DNA from: a virus
Taxonomy: Duplodnaviria > Caudoviricetes
Direction: 5' to 3' (one strand)
Virus record (IMG/VR): IMGVR_UViG_3300020408_000030
Coordinates: 1-28,627 of that record
DNA: 28,627 nucleotides
The notes under the pieces are model-generated. The model had not been told where the DNA came from and searched no databases. It worked only from the letters and a program-made list of their open reading frames with translations. Position numbers and translations under genes: made by a program. Of the stretch, positions 1 to 9,600 are shown piece after piece. The stretch's first letter is position 1. The number at the start of each line of letters is the position of its first letter.

Positions 1-840
1 GATAATGGAAATTCATTAGGTCCGACTGATCCAGATGCAGGTCCGATGTCGCCTGGTTCTACAGATCTTGGACCTCCAGGCGATTGTACAAGAAAAAATA
101 TAGGAGCATCATCTGCAATAGGTGAATCAAATAACGATCCAGGAGCAATTAGTAGTAGAGAACAACAAAATACAGATGGCTTTTCTTATGGTACATATCA
201 AATATCTACAAAGGTTGGTAGAATGCAAGAGTTTATTGACGCTTTAAATAATCCTAATGGATTGGGTGGTAGAGATCCTAAGTATTTAGAATACGGTAGA
301 AGATTAAACGAAGCCGGCGGTAATTCAGCAGCAGCAAATAGAACTACATTATTTGAAAGAACTTGGAAAGAAATGGCTTATGATAATCCAAGTGATGGAA
401 GTTCTTTTGCTCAAGCACAACATGATTTTATACAAGCAACACATTATGATGTTGCAGTAGAAAAACTCAAAGCTGCAACTGGTATCGATCCATGTGCAAG
501 AAATAGAAGTAACGGATTGCAAGATGCAATATGGAGCACCTCGGTTCAACACGGCCCGCATGCAGTTACAGGTATTGTAAAGAACGCGCTTGCAAGAACT
601 GGTAAAACGGCTGAAACTGTAACTGATGCAGAATTAATTTCAGCAATATACGATGAACGCATGTCAGATAATGGATTTACTTATTTTCACGGATCAACCC
701 CTGGCATCAGAAAAAACATAGTTAAAAGATTTAAAAGAGAAAAACTTCTAGTTTTGCAAGAAGCAGATAAAACATTAGAAAATTTAGCCACTGAAACAGC
801 TTCGAGTACTGCAAGTGTAAAAGGATTTTATGGTGGATAA
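1..840 (+). CDS. 5'-truncated probable baseplate hub/central spike protein (gp5-like) with C-terminal VgrG3-like peptidoglycan hydrolase (lysozyme-like) domain
   Basis: Frame 1 is open from base 1 (DNGNSLGPTDPDAGP-M), so the ATG at 46 is probably internal. Motifs ES..DPGAIS, SYGTYQI, FAQAQHDFIQATHYD, LQDAIWSTSVQHG and LISAIYDER resemble the VgrG3-like C-terminal muramidase. It lies directly upstream of PAAR and gp25, the gp5 position in T4-like phages. Confidence 0.72.
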   Translation, partial: DNGNSLGPTDPDAGPMSPGSTDLGPPGDCTRKNIGASSAIGESNNDPGAISSREQQNTDGFSYGTYQISTKVGRMQEFIDALNNPNGLGGRDPKYLEYGRRLNEAGGNSAAANRTTLFERTWKEMAYDNPSDGSSFAQAQHDFIQATHYDVAVEKLKAATGIDPCARNRSNGLQDAIWSTSVQHGPHAVTGIVKNALARTGKTAETVTDAELISAIYDERMSDNGFTYFHGSTPGIRKNIVKRFKREKLLVLQEADKTLENLATETASSTASVKGFYGG

Positions 841-1157
841 TGCCAGAAATATGTAGACAAGATGATACTTTAAATACCGGTCATGCATGCGATGCAACAT
901 CAACTCTTGCTGCGCCTGGTCAAACTAAAGTATATGCAGAAAATAAATTAGTTGCACGTAAAGGAGATAATACTAATAGTCATAATACTCAAACTGGTAC
1001 TGATGAAGATGGAGATCCGATATGTACACCACATACTGCATCAATAAGTGGTAGTTCATCTAAAGTTTACGTAGTTGGTGAATTAGTTGCAAGAGTTGGA
1101 GATGCAGTAGATGCCGGTACTTTAACGTCTGGATCTTCAAAAGTCTTTGCTGGTTAG
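840..1157 (+). CDS. PAAR-domain spike tip protein (T4 gp5.4-like)
   Basis: Degenerate PAAR-type repeats (ICRQDD, VARKGD, VARVGD), GSSKVY/GSSKVFAG motifs and His/Cys metal-ligand candidates; TAATG overlap with the upstream stop. Confidence 0.9.
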   Translation: MPEICRQDDTLNTGHACDATSTLAAPGQTKVYAENKLVARKGDNTNSHNTQTGTDEDGDPICTPHTASISGSSSKVYVVGELVARVGDAVDAGTLTSGSSKVFAG

Positions 1158-1165
1158 TATAAATA
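1158..1165 (+). promoter_or_regulatory. T4-type late promoter TATAAATA
   Basis: Exact gp55 late consensus in the intergenic gap, followed by AGGAG (1175-1179) and ATG at 1187. Confidence 0.8.
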
Positions 1166-1186
1166 CAAGTTAAAAGGAGAAAGTTA

Positions 1187-1309
1187 ATGTCGTGCACATG
1201 CAACGGAAAATGCAAAAAGTGTAATCATGACTGTCATTGTGAAAAACAATGTGAAGAGTGTGTTAATGATGTTTGTACTGGTTGTGAATGTGAAAAGTGT
1301 AATTGTTAA
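1187..1309 (+). CDS. 40-aa Cys-rich metallothionein-like peptide (absent from the ORF track)
   Basis: Translated by hand: MSCTCNGKCKKCNHDCHCEKQCEECVNDVCTGCECEKCNC*. It has 13 Cys and 2 His in CxC/CxxC patterns and no aromatic residues, an AGGAG RBS, and a stop overlapping the gp25 ATG (TAATG). Confidence 0.8.
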   Translation: MSCTCNGKCKKCNHDCHCEKQCEECVNDVCTGCECEKCNC

Positions 1310-1749
1310 TGCCTAGAGTTTTTTCACAAGAAGACGGTGGTTTAGATAACGCAGCCATAGTTACAAGCCGAAAGAAAGTCTATAAAGATATAGATCTTAC
1401 TTTTGCTGTGAGAACGATGGGTGATGTTTTTAAAAAAACAGATGCAGCATCAGTTAAACAAGCTGTAAAGAATTTGTTATTAACTAATCATTTTGAAAAA
1501 CCCTTTACACCTTTCTTTGGCGGCAATTTGCACTCTTTCTTGTTTGAAAACATTGAAGATTTAGACGAAATGGAAATTATGGATCATGTAAGTGCTGCGA
1601 TAAACAATTACGAACCAAGAGCAATTATGAGATCACTACAAGCTAAGGCGCGACCTGATAATAATTCTATAGAATTAATTATAAGATTCCAAATTATTAA
1701 CACATTTGAAAACGTAGAATTAAATGTAGAACTTACGAGGTTAAGATAA
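1309..1749 (+). CDS. Baseplate wedge subunit gp25-like
   Basis: YKDIDLTF, SVKQAVKNLLLTNHFEKPFTPFFGGNL and INNYEPRA are gp25 family motifs. The ATG at 1309 (coupled to the upstream stop) is preferred over the TTG at 1303. Confidence 0.92.
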   Translation: MPRVFSQEDGGLDNAAIVTSRKKVYKDIDLTFAVRTMGDVFKKTDAASVKQAVKNLLLTNHFEKPFTPFFGGNLHSFLFENIEDLDEMEIMDHVSAAINNYEPRAIMRSLQAKARPDNNSIELIIRFQIINTFENVELNVELTRLR

Positions 1750-3599
1750 TGGCTACAACAATCAAATCATCGGGTTTAGATTTTGACACGATAAAAGAAA
1801 ATTTAAAAAATTATTTTGCACAACAATCAGAATTTGCAGATTATGATTTTGAAGCTTCGGGTTTAAACAATATATTAGATGTTCTTGCATATAATACCCA
1901 TATCAACGGTCTAACCGCGAACTTTGCATTAAACGAAGCATTTTTAAATACTGCACAATTAAGATCATCTGTATTATCTCATGCTGCAAACTTAGGTTAT
2001 TATCCAAGATCAAATACGTGTTCTCAAGCAGTTGTTAACATAACCGCAAATACAACCGATACCATTACAGGAAGCGCAACGCTTCCAAGATTCAGTTCTT
2101 TTTCAACATCAATTGACGACGTTACTTATACTTTTAGCACGACAAGTGAAACAAGTGCACTGAATGATGGATCAGGCGGATTTACATTTAAAAATCCAGA
2201 TGGAACAAGTAATATTGTTATTAAAGAAGGAATACAAAAAACTAAAACATTTTTAGTTGGTAATCAATCTGACAATGCAGTTTATATTATACCTGATACA
2301 AACGTAGATACCTCAACACTTGTTGTTAGAGTGTTTGATAATGTGGGTTCACAAAGTTTTACTGAATTTGCAGATATTCGTAATGCTGTTAATATTACAC
2401 CGACTTCGAAAGTTTATATTGTAAGAGAAGCTCCTAATGGTTTTTATGAATTAATATTCAGTGAAGGTAATGTATTAGGACAAGCTCCAGTTGCTGGTAA
2501 TCAAATTGTCGCGACTTATCTTTCAACAAAAGGTGGAACTGCAAATAACGCATCATCATTTACTGCAATCAATAAGATATCAATAGGTGGTGCGAATTAT
2601 AATTTAACTACAACAAAGGTTTCAAATTCAGCTGGTGGTGCAGATAAAGAATCACTTGATTCAATAAAGTTAAATGCACCTACTGCATTTGCAGCTCAGC
2701 AAAGAATGGTTACTGCCGAAGATTATAAAACATTAATCATTGGAAGATACAATAACGTTTTAGATGATGTTATTGCATGGGGCGGTCAAGATAATATACC
2801 TGCAACATTCGGAAACGTTTATCTAAGTTTAAAATTTAAAGATGGTATTGCTGCAAACATACAACAAGAAACAAAAGATTCGATTAAATCAAATTTTGCT
2901 GCTAACTTATCGATAATGTCAATCGATACTGAGTTTGTTGACGCAACCGAAACGTTTATGGAAGTTAACGTTAAATTTGATTTTGATCCGGATTTAAGTG
3001 GAGATACTGTAAATTCTACACAAATTAAAATTAAAAACAAAGTCGGTGAATTTTTTGCGGCTAACTTAGGATTGTTTGGAAGAACTTTCAGAAGATCTGC
3101 ATTATTGTCTGAACTTGATGCATTATCACCAGCGGTTTTAAATAGTAGTGCAACTGTTAATCTACAAAGAAGAATATCGGCACCTACAGATTTTCAATTT
3201 AATGTTTCAGCGCCGGTATCAGTAGAATTTCCTGCAAGACTTGCATTACCAGACGATGAATTACATATTGTTAATTCGTCGATCTTTACATTTAATGGAG
3301 TTTTAGCAAGACTTCGAAATAAATTAGGTACCACAACATTAGAAATCGTTGACGTTAACACGAGTGGTGTACTAAATGAAAACGCTGGAAGTTATGATCG
3401 TTTAAATGGTACAGTTCGTTTAGATGATACTTTTAATATTAGTGCACATGAAGGTGCTTTTATTAAAATAAGTGCAACACCTGATAATCAAAGTACGGTG
3501 AAACCATTAAGAAGTCACATTCTAAAATATGATAGAGATACTTCTCTTTCTGCCGGTACTATCGATACTCAAAATACATTAGCGGTAATTACAACATAA
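1749..3599 (+). CDS. Baseplate wedge subunit gp6-like
   Basis: LDFDTIKENLKNYF, DYDFEASGLNNILDVLAYNTH, EAFLNTAQLRSSV, GGADKESLDSIK and QQRMVTAEDY are T4 gp6 motifs; 616 aa. Confidence 0.93.
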   Translation: MATTIKSSGLDFDTIKENLKNYFAQQSEFADYDFEASGLNNILDVLAYNTHINGLTANFALNEAFLNTAQLRSSVLSHAANLGYYPRSNTCSQAVVNITANTTDTITGSATLPRFSSFSTSIDDVTYTFSTTSETSALNDGSGGFTFKNPDGTSNIVIKEGIQKTKTFLVGNQSDNAVYIIPDTNVDTSTLVVRVFDNVGSQSFTEFADIRNAVNITPTSKVYIVREAPNGFYELIFSEGNVLGQAPVAGNQIVATYLSTKGGTANNASSFTAINKISIGGANYNLTTTKVSNSAGGADKESLDSIKLNAPTAFAAQQRMVTAEDYKTLIIGRYNNVLDDVIAWGGQDNIPATFGNVYLSLKFKDGIAANIQQETKDSIKSNFAANLSIMSIDTEFVDATETFMEVNVKFDFDPDLSGDTVNSTQIKIKNKVGEFFAANLGLFGRTFRRSALLSELDALSPAVLNSSATVNLQRRISAPTDFQFNVSAPVSVEFPARLALPDDELHIVNSSIFTFNGVLARLRNKLGTTTLEIVDVNTSGVLNENAGSYDRLNGTVRLDDTFNISAHEGAFIKISATPDNQSTVKPLRSHILKYDRDTSLSAGTIDTQNTLAVITT

Positions 3600-3600
3600 T

Positions 3601-4647
3601 ATGGCTCATACAGTAAAAGATTATAATCGGAGAAATATAACTTTAACAACGTCTAAAGTTGGTGAAGTTGTACCTGAATATTTTGGTGAAGAAAATTCTA
3701 AATTAATTCAATTTTTAGAAAAATATCAAGATTTTTTAGACAGCGATCAAGCAAATGGTTTTGGTTACAAGATTAAACAACTTATTCATGCAAGAGATGC
3801 AGATAGAGTTGATGAAGAAGAACTTGATTCAATCATTGAAGAAATAGGTAATGGATTAAAATCGGCATCATTCTTTCAAAAACCAAGATTAATGACTAAA
3901 CTGCTTGGTGATTATTATAGAGCAAAGGGATCATTTAACTCAGCTCAAGGTTTTTTTCGTGGTTTTTTTGGTTTAGAACCTGAAATAAGTTATCCTAAAA
4001 AAGATATATTTACAATTGGTGAATCTAATATTGGATTTGAAGCACAAAAGTTTTTAGTAAATGCTGGCATCTATCAAGTCTTTTCAATACTAATTAAGTG
4101 TGGTATATCTACATTAGATTATGAAACATTATATAAAAAGTTTGTACATCCTGCAGGATTTCATTTTGCAGGTGAAGTTATTGCGGTAGACGAAGGTGCA
4201 TTAGATGTAGGAGTTCCAAGCGGAGAATTTCTTATTGATCCTCTTGAACCCGATAGTCCGGATTTAAAAGTTGTAGATCAAGCATATGTTACACCTCTTA
4301 CTGGTTTCAGATCAGATGGGACAGTGCAACAAGACGTTGCGCCTACTATACCATTTAGAGAACTTACAATATTACAAGATTCTGGCGGTGATACTACCTA
4401 TATAACAAATGATACTTATAGAATTGATCCGTACGGAACTTCAATAACAGATATTCTAACATTAGTATCAGGTAATTTAAATAAATTTTATTCGAATATT
4501 GCAGAAATACTTACGCCTAACTCATTTACGTTTGATGATAGTGATACCGGTTTAACTGCAGCAAATGCAAGACCTGATTTCTCATTAACACTAGAAACAA
4601 TGGATGATGATAAGTTTACAACATATTTGAGCGATTCTGCATATTAA
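3601..4647 (+). CDS. Baseplate wedge protein, short gp7-like
   Basis: Position after gp6; motifs LIQFLEKY, YYRAKGS..S...FFR and KKFVHPAGF.FAGE typical of the gp7-like core. Confidence 0.72.
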   Translation: MAHTVKDYNRRNITLTTSKVGEVVPEYFGEENSKLIQFLEKYQDFLDSDQANGFGYKIKQLIHARDADRVDEEELDSIIEEIGNGLKSASFFQKPRLMTKLLGDYYRAKGSFNSAQGFFRGFFGLEPEISYPKKDIFTIGESNIGFEAQKFLVNAGIYQVFSILIKCGISTLDYETLYKKFVHPAGFHFAGEVIAVDEGALDVGVPSGEFLIDPLEPDSPDLKVVDQAYVTPLTGFRSDGTVQQDVAPTIPFRELTILQDSGGDTTYITNDTYRIDPYGTSITDILTLVSGNLNKFYSNIAEILTPNSFTFDDSDTGLTAANARPDFSLTLETMDDDKFTTYLSDSAY

Positions 4648-4651
4648 CCTT

Positions 4652-4659
4652 TATAAATA
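4652..4659 (+). promoter_or_regulatory. T4-type late promoter TATAAATA
   Basis: Exact consensus in the intergenic gap, about 20 nt upstream of the ATG at 4680. Confidence 0.78.
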
Positions 4660-4679
4660 ACATAAATCAAGAGTGAAAC

Positions 4680-5171
4680 ATGGCAAAACAAGTAATAGCA
4701 ACAGGTAGCGCAGCAAACGACGGAACCGGAGATACACTACGATCTGCTGGTACGAAGATTAATTCTAATTTTACAGAATTATACGATATGCGTGGAAGAG
4801 TAACTAAAACAGAAACTACTGCCTCTATTAATAATGGAGATCAAGATAAATTAACTTTTGCTCCTGCTGATGTTGGTAAATCATTTGTATTGCACGAAAT
4901 TAAACCGAGTGCGGCTTCTTATATTAAACTTTATACAGATTCAGATTTTCGTATAGCCGATATTGGTAGAAGTACGTTAGCCACTCCAGTCGGTGAAGGT
5001 TTAATAACTGAATTTGTAACTCAAGCAGATAGCGCTGTCAGATTTACGCCTGGTATACTTGGTTATACAGATTCTGACAACGTACTAGGAGTTTCAATGC
5101 AAGTTAAAAATTTAAGTGGTGGAACAGCTGCAATAAGCGTACGTTTAAAAGCGTTAAAATTAGAGATATAG
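4680..5171 (+). CDS. Virion protein with gp9/gp10-like N-terminal baseplate-attachment motif
   Basis: N-terminus MAKQVIATGSAANDGTGDTLRSAGTKINSNFTELY matches the gp9/gp10 N-terminal motif; the remainder is short and unrecognised. Confidence 0.72.
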   Translation: MAKQVIATGSAANDGTGDTLRSAGTKINSNFTELYDMRGRVTKTETTASINNGDQDKLTFAPADVGKSFVLHEIKPSAASYIKLYTDSDFRIADIGRSTLATPVGEGLITEFVTQADSAVRFTPGILGYTDSDNVLGVSMQVKNLSGGTAAISVRLKALKLEI

Positions 5172-5181
5172 GAATAATACC

Positions 5182-6624
5182 ATGACTGCTATAGCAACAG
5201 AAGCTTTAAAATTTAATTTTGCTGAATTACTGCATAAAGAAATTATAAACACGACTGATAGTAATCATTTCTATATCGGTATTGGTAAAAGTGATCAATA
5301 CGATAGTGCTTCTGATAATACGATCGATCCTGTAAGAGTGAAAAGAGATGAACAAGAAGCAAGATATAATCTAGAATCGATTATCAAAGTTTCTGAAACT
5401 GCTATGACTTTTACTGTTCCAAGAAATAACTGGATAAGCGGTACTATATATTCTGCGTATAATGATAATCAAGTTGGATATCCAGCTCAGCCGTATTACG
5501 TAATTACTGAAGACCAACAAATTTACATCTGTTTAGCAAATAATCGTAATACTTCTGGAGTTGCTCAACCTTCTACTATAAAACCAAGTTTTTCTACTGA
5601 AGGTGTTGGTAATCATCAAGCATTTAAAACTGCTGATGGCTATATTTGGAAATACTTATATGAACTTTCAGTTGTTAAAGTAGCTGCATTTTTATCTTCT
5701 AATTTTATGCCGGTTGCAGTATTTGATTCTGCTACAGCATCTGGTGCAGCTGAACAAGATCAGGCTAAAATAAGAAAAACGGCTAAACCAGGTCAAATTA
5801 TAGGTGTTGAAGTTGTAGATCCAGGTGCTGGTTATTCAAGTACACCAACTTTAAACATTATTGGAAACGGAACAGGTGCTGCAGGTACCGTTACGCTTAA
5901 TGGTACGACTGTTGGAAAGATCGATATGAATTGTGTTGTAAGTGATTCTGGATTTGGATCTGGTTATGACTTTGCTCGAGCACAATTATCTGGTGGCGGA
6001 ACACCGAGTAAAGAAGCAATATTACGTCCGATACTTGGTCCAACGAAGGGGTTTGGTCATGATCCAAGGAAAGATTTAAAATCATCTTCCTTAATGTTTA
6101 ATGCAAAACCTGCTGGCGCGCAAAATAATAATTTTTCAATAACGACTTCAGGCACATTTGGTGGACAATCAGATTTTAGACAAATTACTTTATTTAAAAA
6201 TTTAGATTTTGAAGACAGCGCAGTAGCAGGAAATAGAGTTCAACTTACAGATGCAAGAGCAAATCGAATTGTAACATTAACAACAAAACCTGCATTTGTT
6301 AAAGACGAAAAAGTAACAGGACAAACAAGTGGAACTGTAGCACATATCGATCACATAGATAGTACAGGCGGTGGAGCATTACAAATTCACTATCATTTTA
6401 ATCACAGATCAGATTTTAGGCACGGTACGTTTTCAGGATCTGAAGTTATTCAAGGTAACACATCAGGCGTATTTGGAACAGTAGATTCTGATAGTCAACC
6501 AAAGATAGCCAACGTTGGCGCTATTAATCGGTTTAGCGGTGATGTACTGTATATTGATAATAGATCAAGGATTATAAGATCTGCTTCACAAACTGAAGAT
6601 ATAAAAATTGTACTTACAATATAG
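5182..6624 (+). CDS. Baseplate wedge subunit gp8-like
   Basis: FYIGIGKS, VPRNNWISGTIYSAY, YYVITED.QIYICL, TADGYIWKYLY and C-terminal SGDVLYIDNR...QTEDIKIVL match marine T4-like gp8. Confidence 0.88.
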   Translation: MTAIATEALKFNFAELLHKEIINTTDSNHFYIGIGKSDQYDSASDNTIDPVRVKRDEQEARYNLESIIKVSETAMTFTVPRNNWISGTIYSAYNDNQVGYPAQPYYVITEDQQIYICLANNRNTSGVAQPSTIKPSFSTEGVGNHQAFKTADGYIWKYLYELSVVKVAAFLSSNFMPVAVFDSATASGAAEQDQAKIRKTAKPGQIIGVEVVDPGAGYSSTPTLNIIGNGTGAAGTVTLNGTTVGKIDMNCVVSDSGFGSGYDFARAQLSGGGTPSKEAILRPILGPTKGFGHDPRKDLKSSSLMFNAKPAGAQNNNFSITTSGTFGGQSDFRQITLFKNLDFEDSAVAGNRVQLTDARANRIVTLTTKPAFVKDEKVTGQTSGTVAHIDHIDSTGGGALQIHYHFNHRSDFRHGTFSGSEVIQGNTSGVFGTVDSDSQPKIANVGAINRFSGDVLYIDNRSRIIRSASQTEDIKIVLTI

Positions 6625-6636
6625 TAGAGATAAAAA

Positions 6637-9600
6637 ATGGCAACAAATCTTTCAAATGTAACTTTCAGCAACGTTTATAAAGACGACTTTGCAGACAGTG
6701 ATAATTTCCATAGAATATTATTTAATAGTGGTAAGGCATTACAAGCTCGTGAACTTACTCAAATGCAAACCATTATTCAAAAAGAAATCGAAAGATTTGG
6801 TTCAAATATATTCAGACAAGGTGGAGCGGTAACTGGCGGTGGTTTAACAATTGACAATAAACAAGAATTTGTAAATCTCGCAACGAATCAATTACCGGCC
6901 GATCCTTCTACACTTGTTGGAAAATACTATAAGGATAATACAAATAATTTAATTATTAGAATTAAAGAAGTTTTAGTAGCCAACGCGACTACATCTGATA
7001 TTTCTATTGATGGTGCAAGTGCAGTTAACCATAATGTAGATACATTAATTATCGAATATATTAGTACAAGTTCAGGTACAGCCGGAACGACACCGGTAAG
7101 ATTACAAGCCGGTAATATGCTACAAAGGATAGTTGCTGCTAATGATACAACTTTAGTTAACGATACTCCAAATTATCCAGATATGGCAGTAACAGCCGGT
7201 CATCCAAGTACAGGTCAAAACATATCTGGTTTAGGATTAAAAGCAAACATCGATAAAGGTAGTTTTTTCGTACAGGGCCATTTTGTATTTTGTAAAGCGC
7301 AATCAGTACACATACAAAGATTTTCTGAAAGACCGAATACAATCCTAGGATTTCAAATAGCAGAACAGATTATCAATACAGATGATGATGTTTCTTTGTT
7401 TGACAATCAAGGTGCGGCTCCAAATTTATCCTCTCCTGGTGCAGATCGTTATCGTATAAGTTTAACACTTACAACAAAAGCAAATGCGGGATCGAATAAT
7501 TTTATTTACCTAGCAAACGTAGTAAATGGTAAACTTTCAGACGAAATAAACTTAGATAATTCATATAAGCAATTACAAGAAGTTTTAGCTCTTAGAACAA
7601 AAGAAGAGTCTGGTAATTATATCGTTAAAAGATTCGATTTAAATCCGTCTGAAGTAACATCTACAAAGATAAATTTTAACGTATCCGATGGTATTGCTTA
7701 TGTTGATGGATATAGATTAGATTTAGATGCAAAAAGTTTAGAAGTTGATAGACCAACCACGACTCAAGAAGTTGAAGGCGAATTAGTTAGCGCTAACTTA
7801 GGCAATTATGTTGTCGTTGCTGGTGATCATCCAGATGATTCTGCTAGCTTAGAAAATAATAATATACCAGACATATCTAATTTTCAAAAGTTAAATTTAT
7901 ATGCAGCATTTTCTGCAGGACAGGGAACAGCTGGAGGTAATGTCGCAGATCATTCAACTTTAGTTATCGGATCAGCTCGTTGTCGAGGACTTTATAGAGA
8001 AACAACTGGTAGATATAGAATGCATTTATTTGATGTGCGAATGAAACCGAATCAATCATTTTCTTTTGTAAGAAGTATAGGTAGAGATCAAACAAGCTTC
8101 ATGAATGTAGTTTTAGAAGGCGATCAAGCAGTTCTTAAAAATACTACAAACAATGATCTGTTATTTGCTCTTCCAAAAAATAGACCGCAGTTTGACGGTA
8201 TTACTGGTCAATCTATGATTGTACAAAGAAAATTTCAATTTACTACGTCAATGGGACTTACTTCTATTTCAGGAGATAACGGTGGTGGTCTTCCTGCGGG
8301 TTGTGATGCATTTTTTGGTGGATCAAATTGGGTAGTATCAGAAGTTGGCGAAGGAATTGTTGAAGGCGCAGTTTGTTCAGTTGATCCTGGTAACGTAACA
8401 TTTACAATTACTGGTTTACCAGTTGGCTCTAAAACATTTAATCTTCTTGCACAAGTACAAATGAGTGGATCTACTTCAGTAGCAGAAAGATCAAAAACAT
8501 TAAAAGAAACTACAATAACTCGAGGTGCAACTTCTGATTCAGATGGAAGAGGATTTAAATTTATAAGTTTAGATAAACCAGATGTTTTTACAATTAAGGC
8601 TATAAAAGAAACAGATTCAAACGGTGTAGATATATCTGGAAATTTTGTATTAGATAACGGTCAAAGAGATAATTATTACGGCATAGGTAGATTATTACCT
8701 AAACAAAACGTTGATATGCCTGCGGGTAATGTATTTGTAAGATATCAATATTTCGAACATGAACCTTCGGTGACTGGTGTTGGCGGTCAAAAATGTTACT
8801 TTAGTGCTACTTCTTATAAGAATAACTCAAATGCAGTAGGATCATTAGATGGTACTGGAGTAACATATGAAACAATACCAGATTATACAAAGGGCAATGG
8901 ACAAAAAGTTAATTTAAGAGATGTTTTAGATTTTAGACCAGTAGCTGTATTACAACATGACTTTGATTCAGCTGGTGCTACACTAAAAGCTAATGGTCAT
9001 TTTAATATTACTTTTGATTCAAATGGTCCAGACGTTGCTGGTACAACTCCGCTTATTCATTTATTACCACAACCTGGCGGAACAGTTCAAGCCGATATAA
9101 CATATTTTTTAGGAAGAAAAGATCGTCTAGTTGCAAACTCTTCAAATCTTAGAGGTGGAAGATCTGCGACTGGATCTATAGATTACATTCAAGGTTTACC
9201 AAGCTTTGATCCTGAATTACCAAATCTTCCAAACGGAGCTATGCCACTTTATAACGTCAATTTAGGTGGAAATACAGTTAATACAAAAGATATTACTACA
9301 GAGCCGTATGCAAATAAAAGATTTCAAATGGCCGATATTGCCAGATTAGAACGAAGAATTGATAATTTAGATGAAGTCACATCATTAAGTTTATTAGAAT
9401 TAAATACGTCAACACTTAATGTTGTAGACTCTGCTGGAAATTCAAGAGTAAAATCTGGATTTTTAGTAGATAATTTTAGAGATTATTCATTTACAGATAT
9501 TACTAATAATGAACAAAGAGCAAGTATTGATCCACAAGCAGGATATTTATCACCTTTAGTTGTATCAAAGGTTACAAGATTACAATACGATTCAGCTGAT

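Noticed and set aside
1-3599. Bacterial T6SS or eCIS locus (VgrG-like, PAAR, TssE/gp25-like)
   Set aside because: T4-specific gp6/gp7/gp8, TATAAATA late promoters and tail fibre genes indicate a T4-like phage; no TssJLM or ClpV genes are present.
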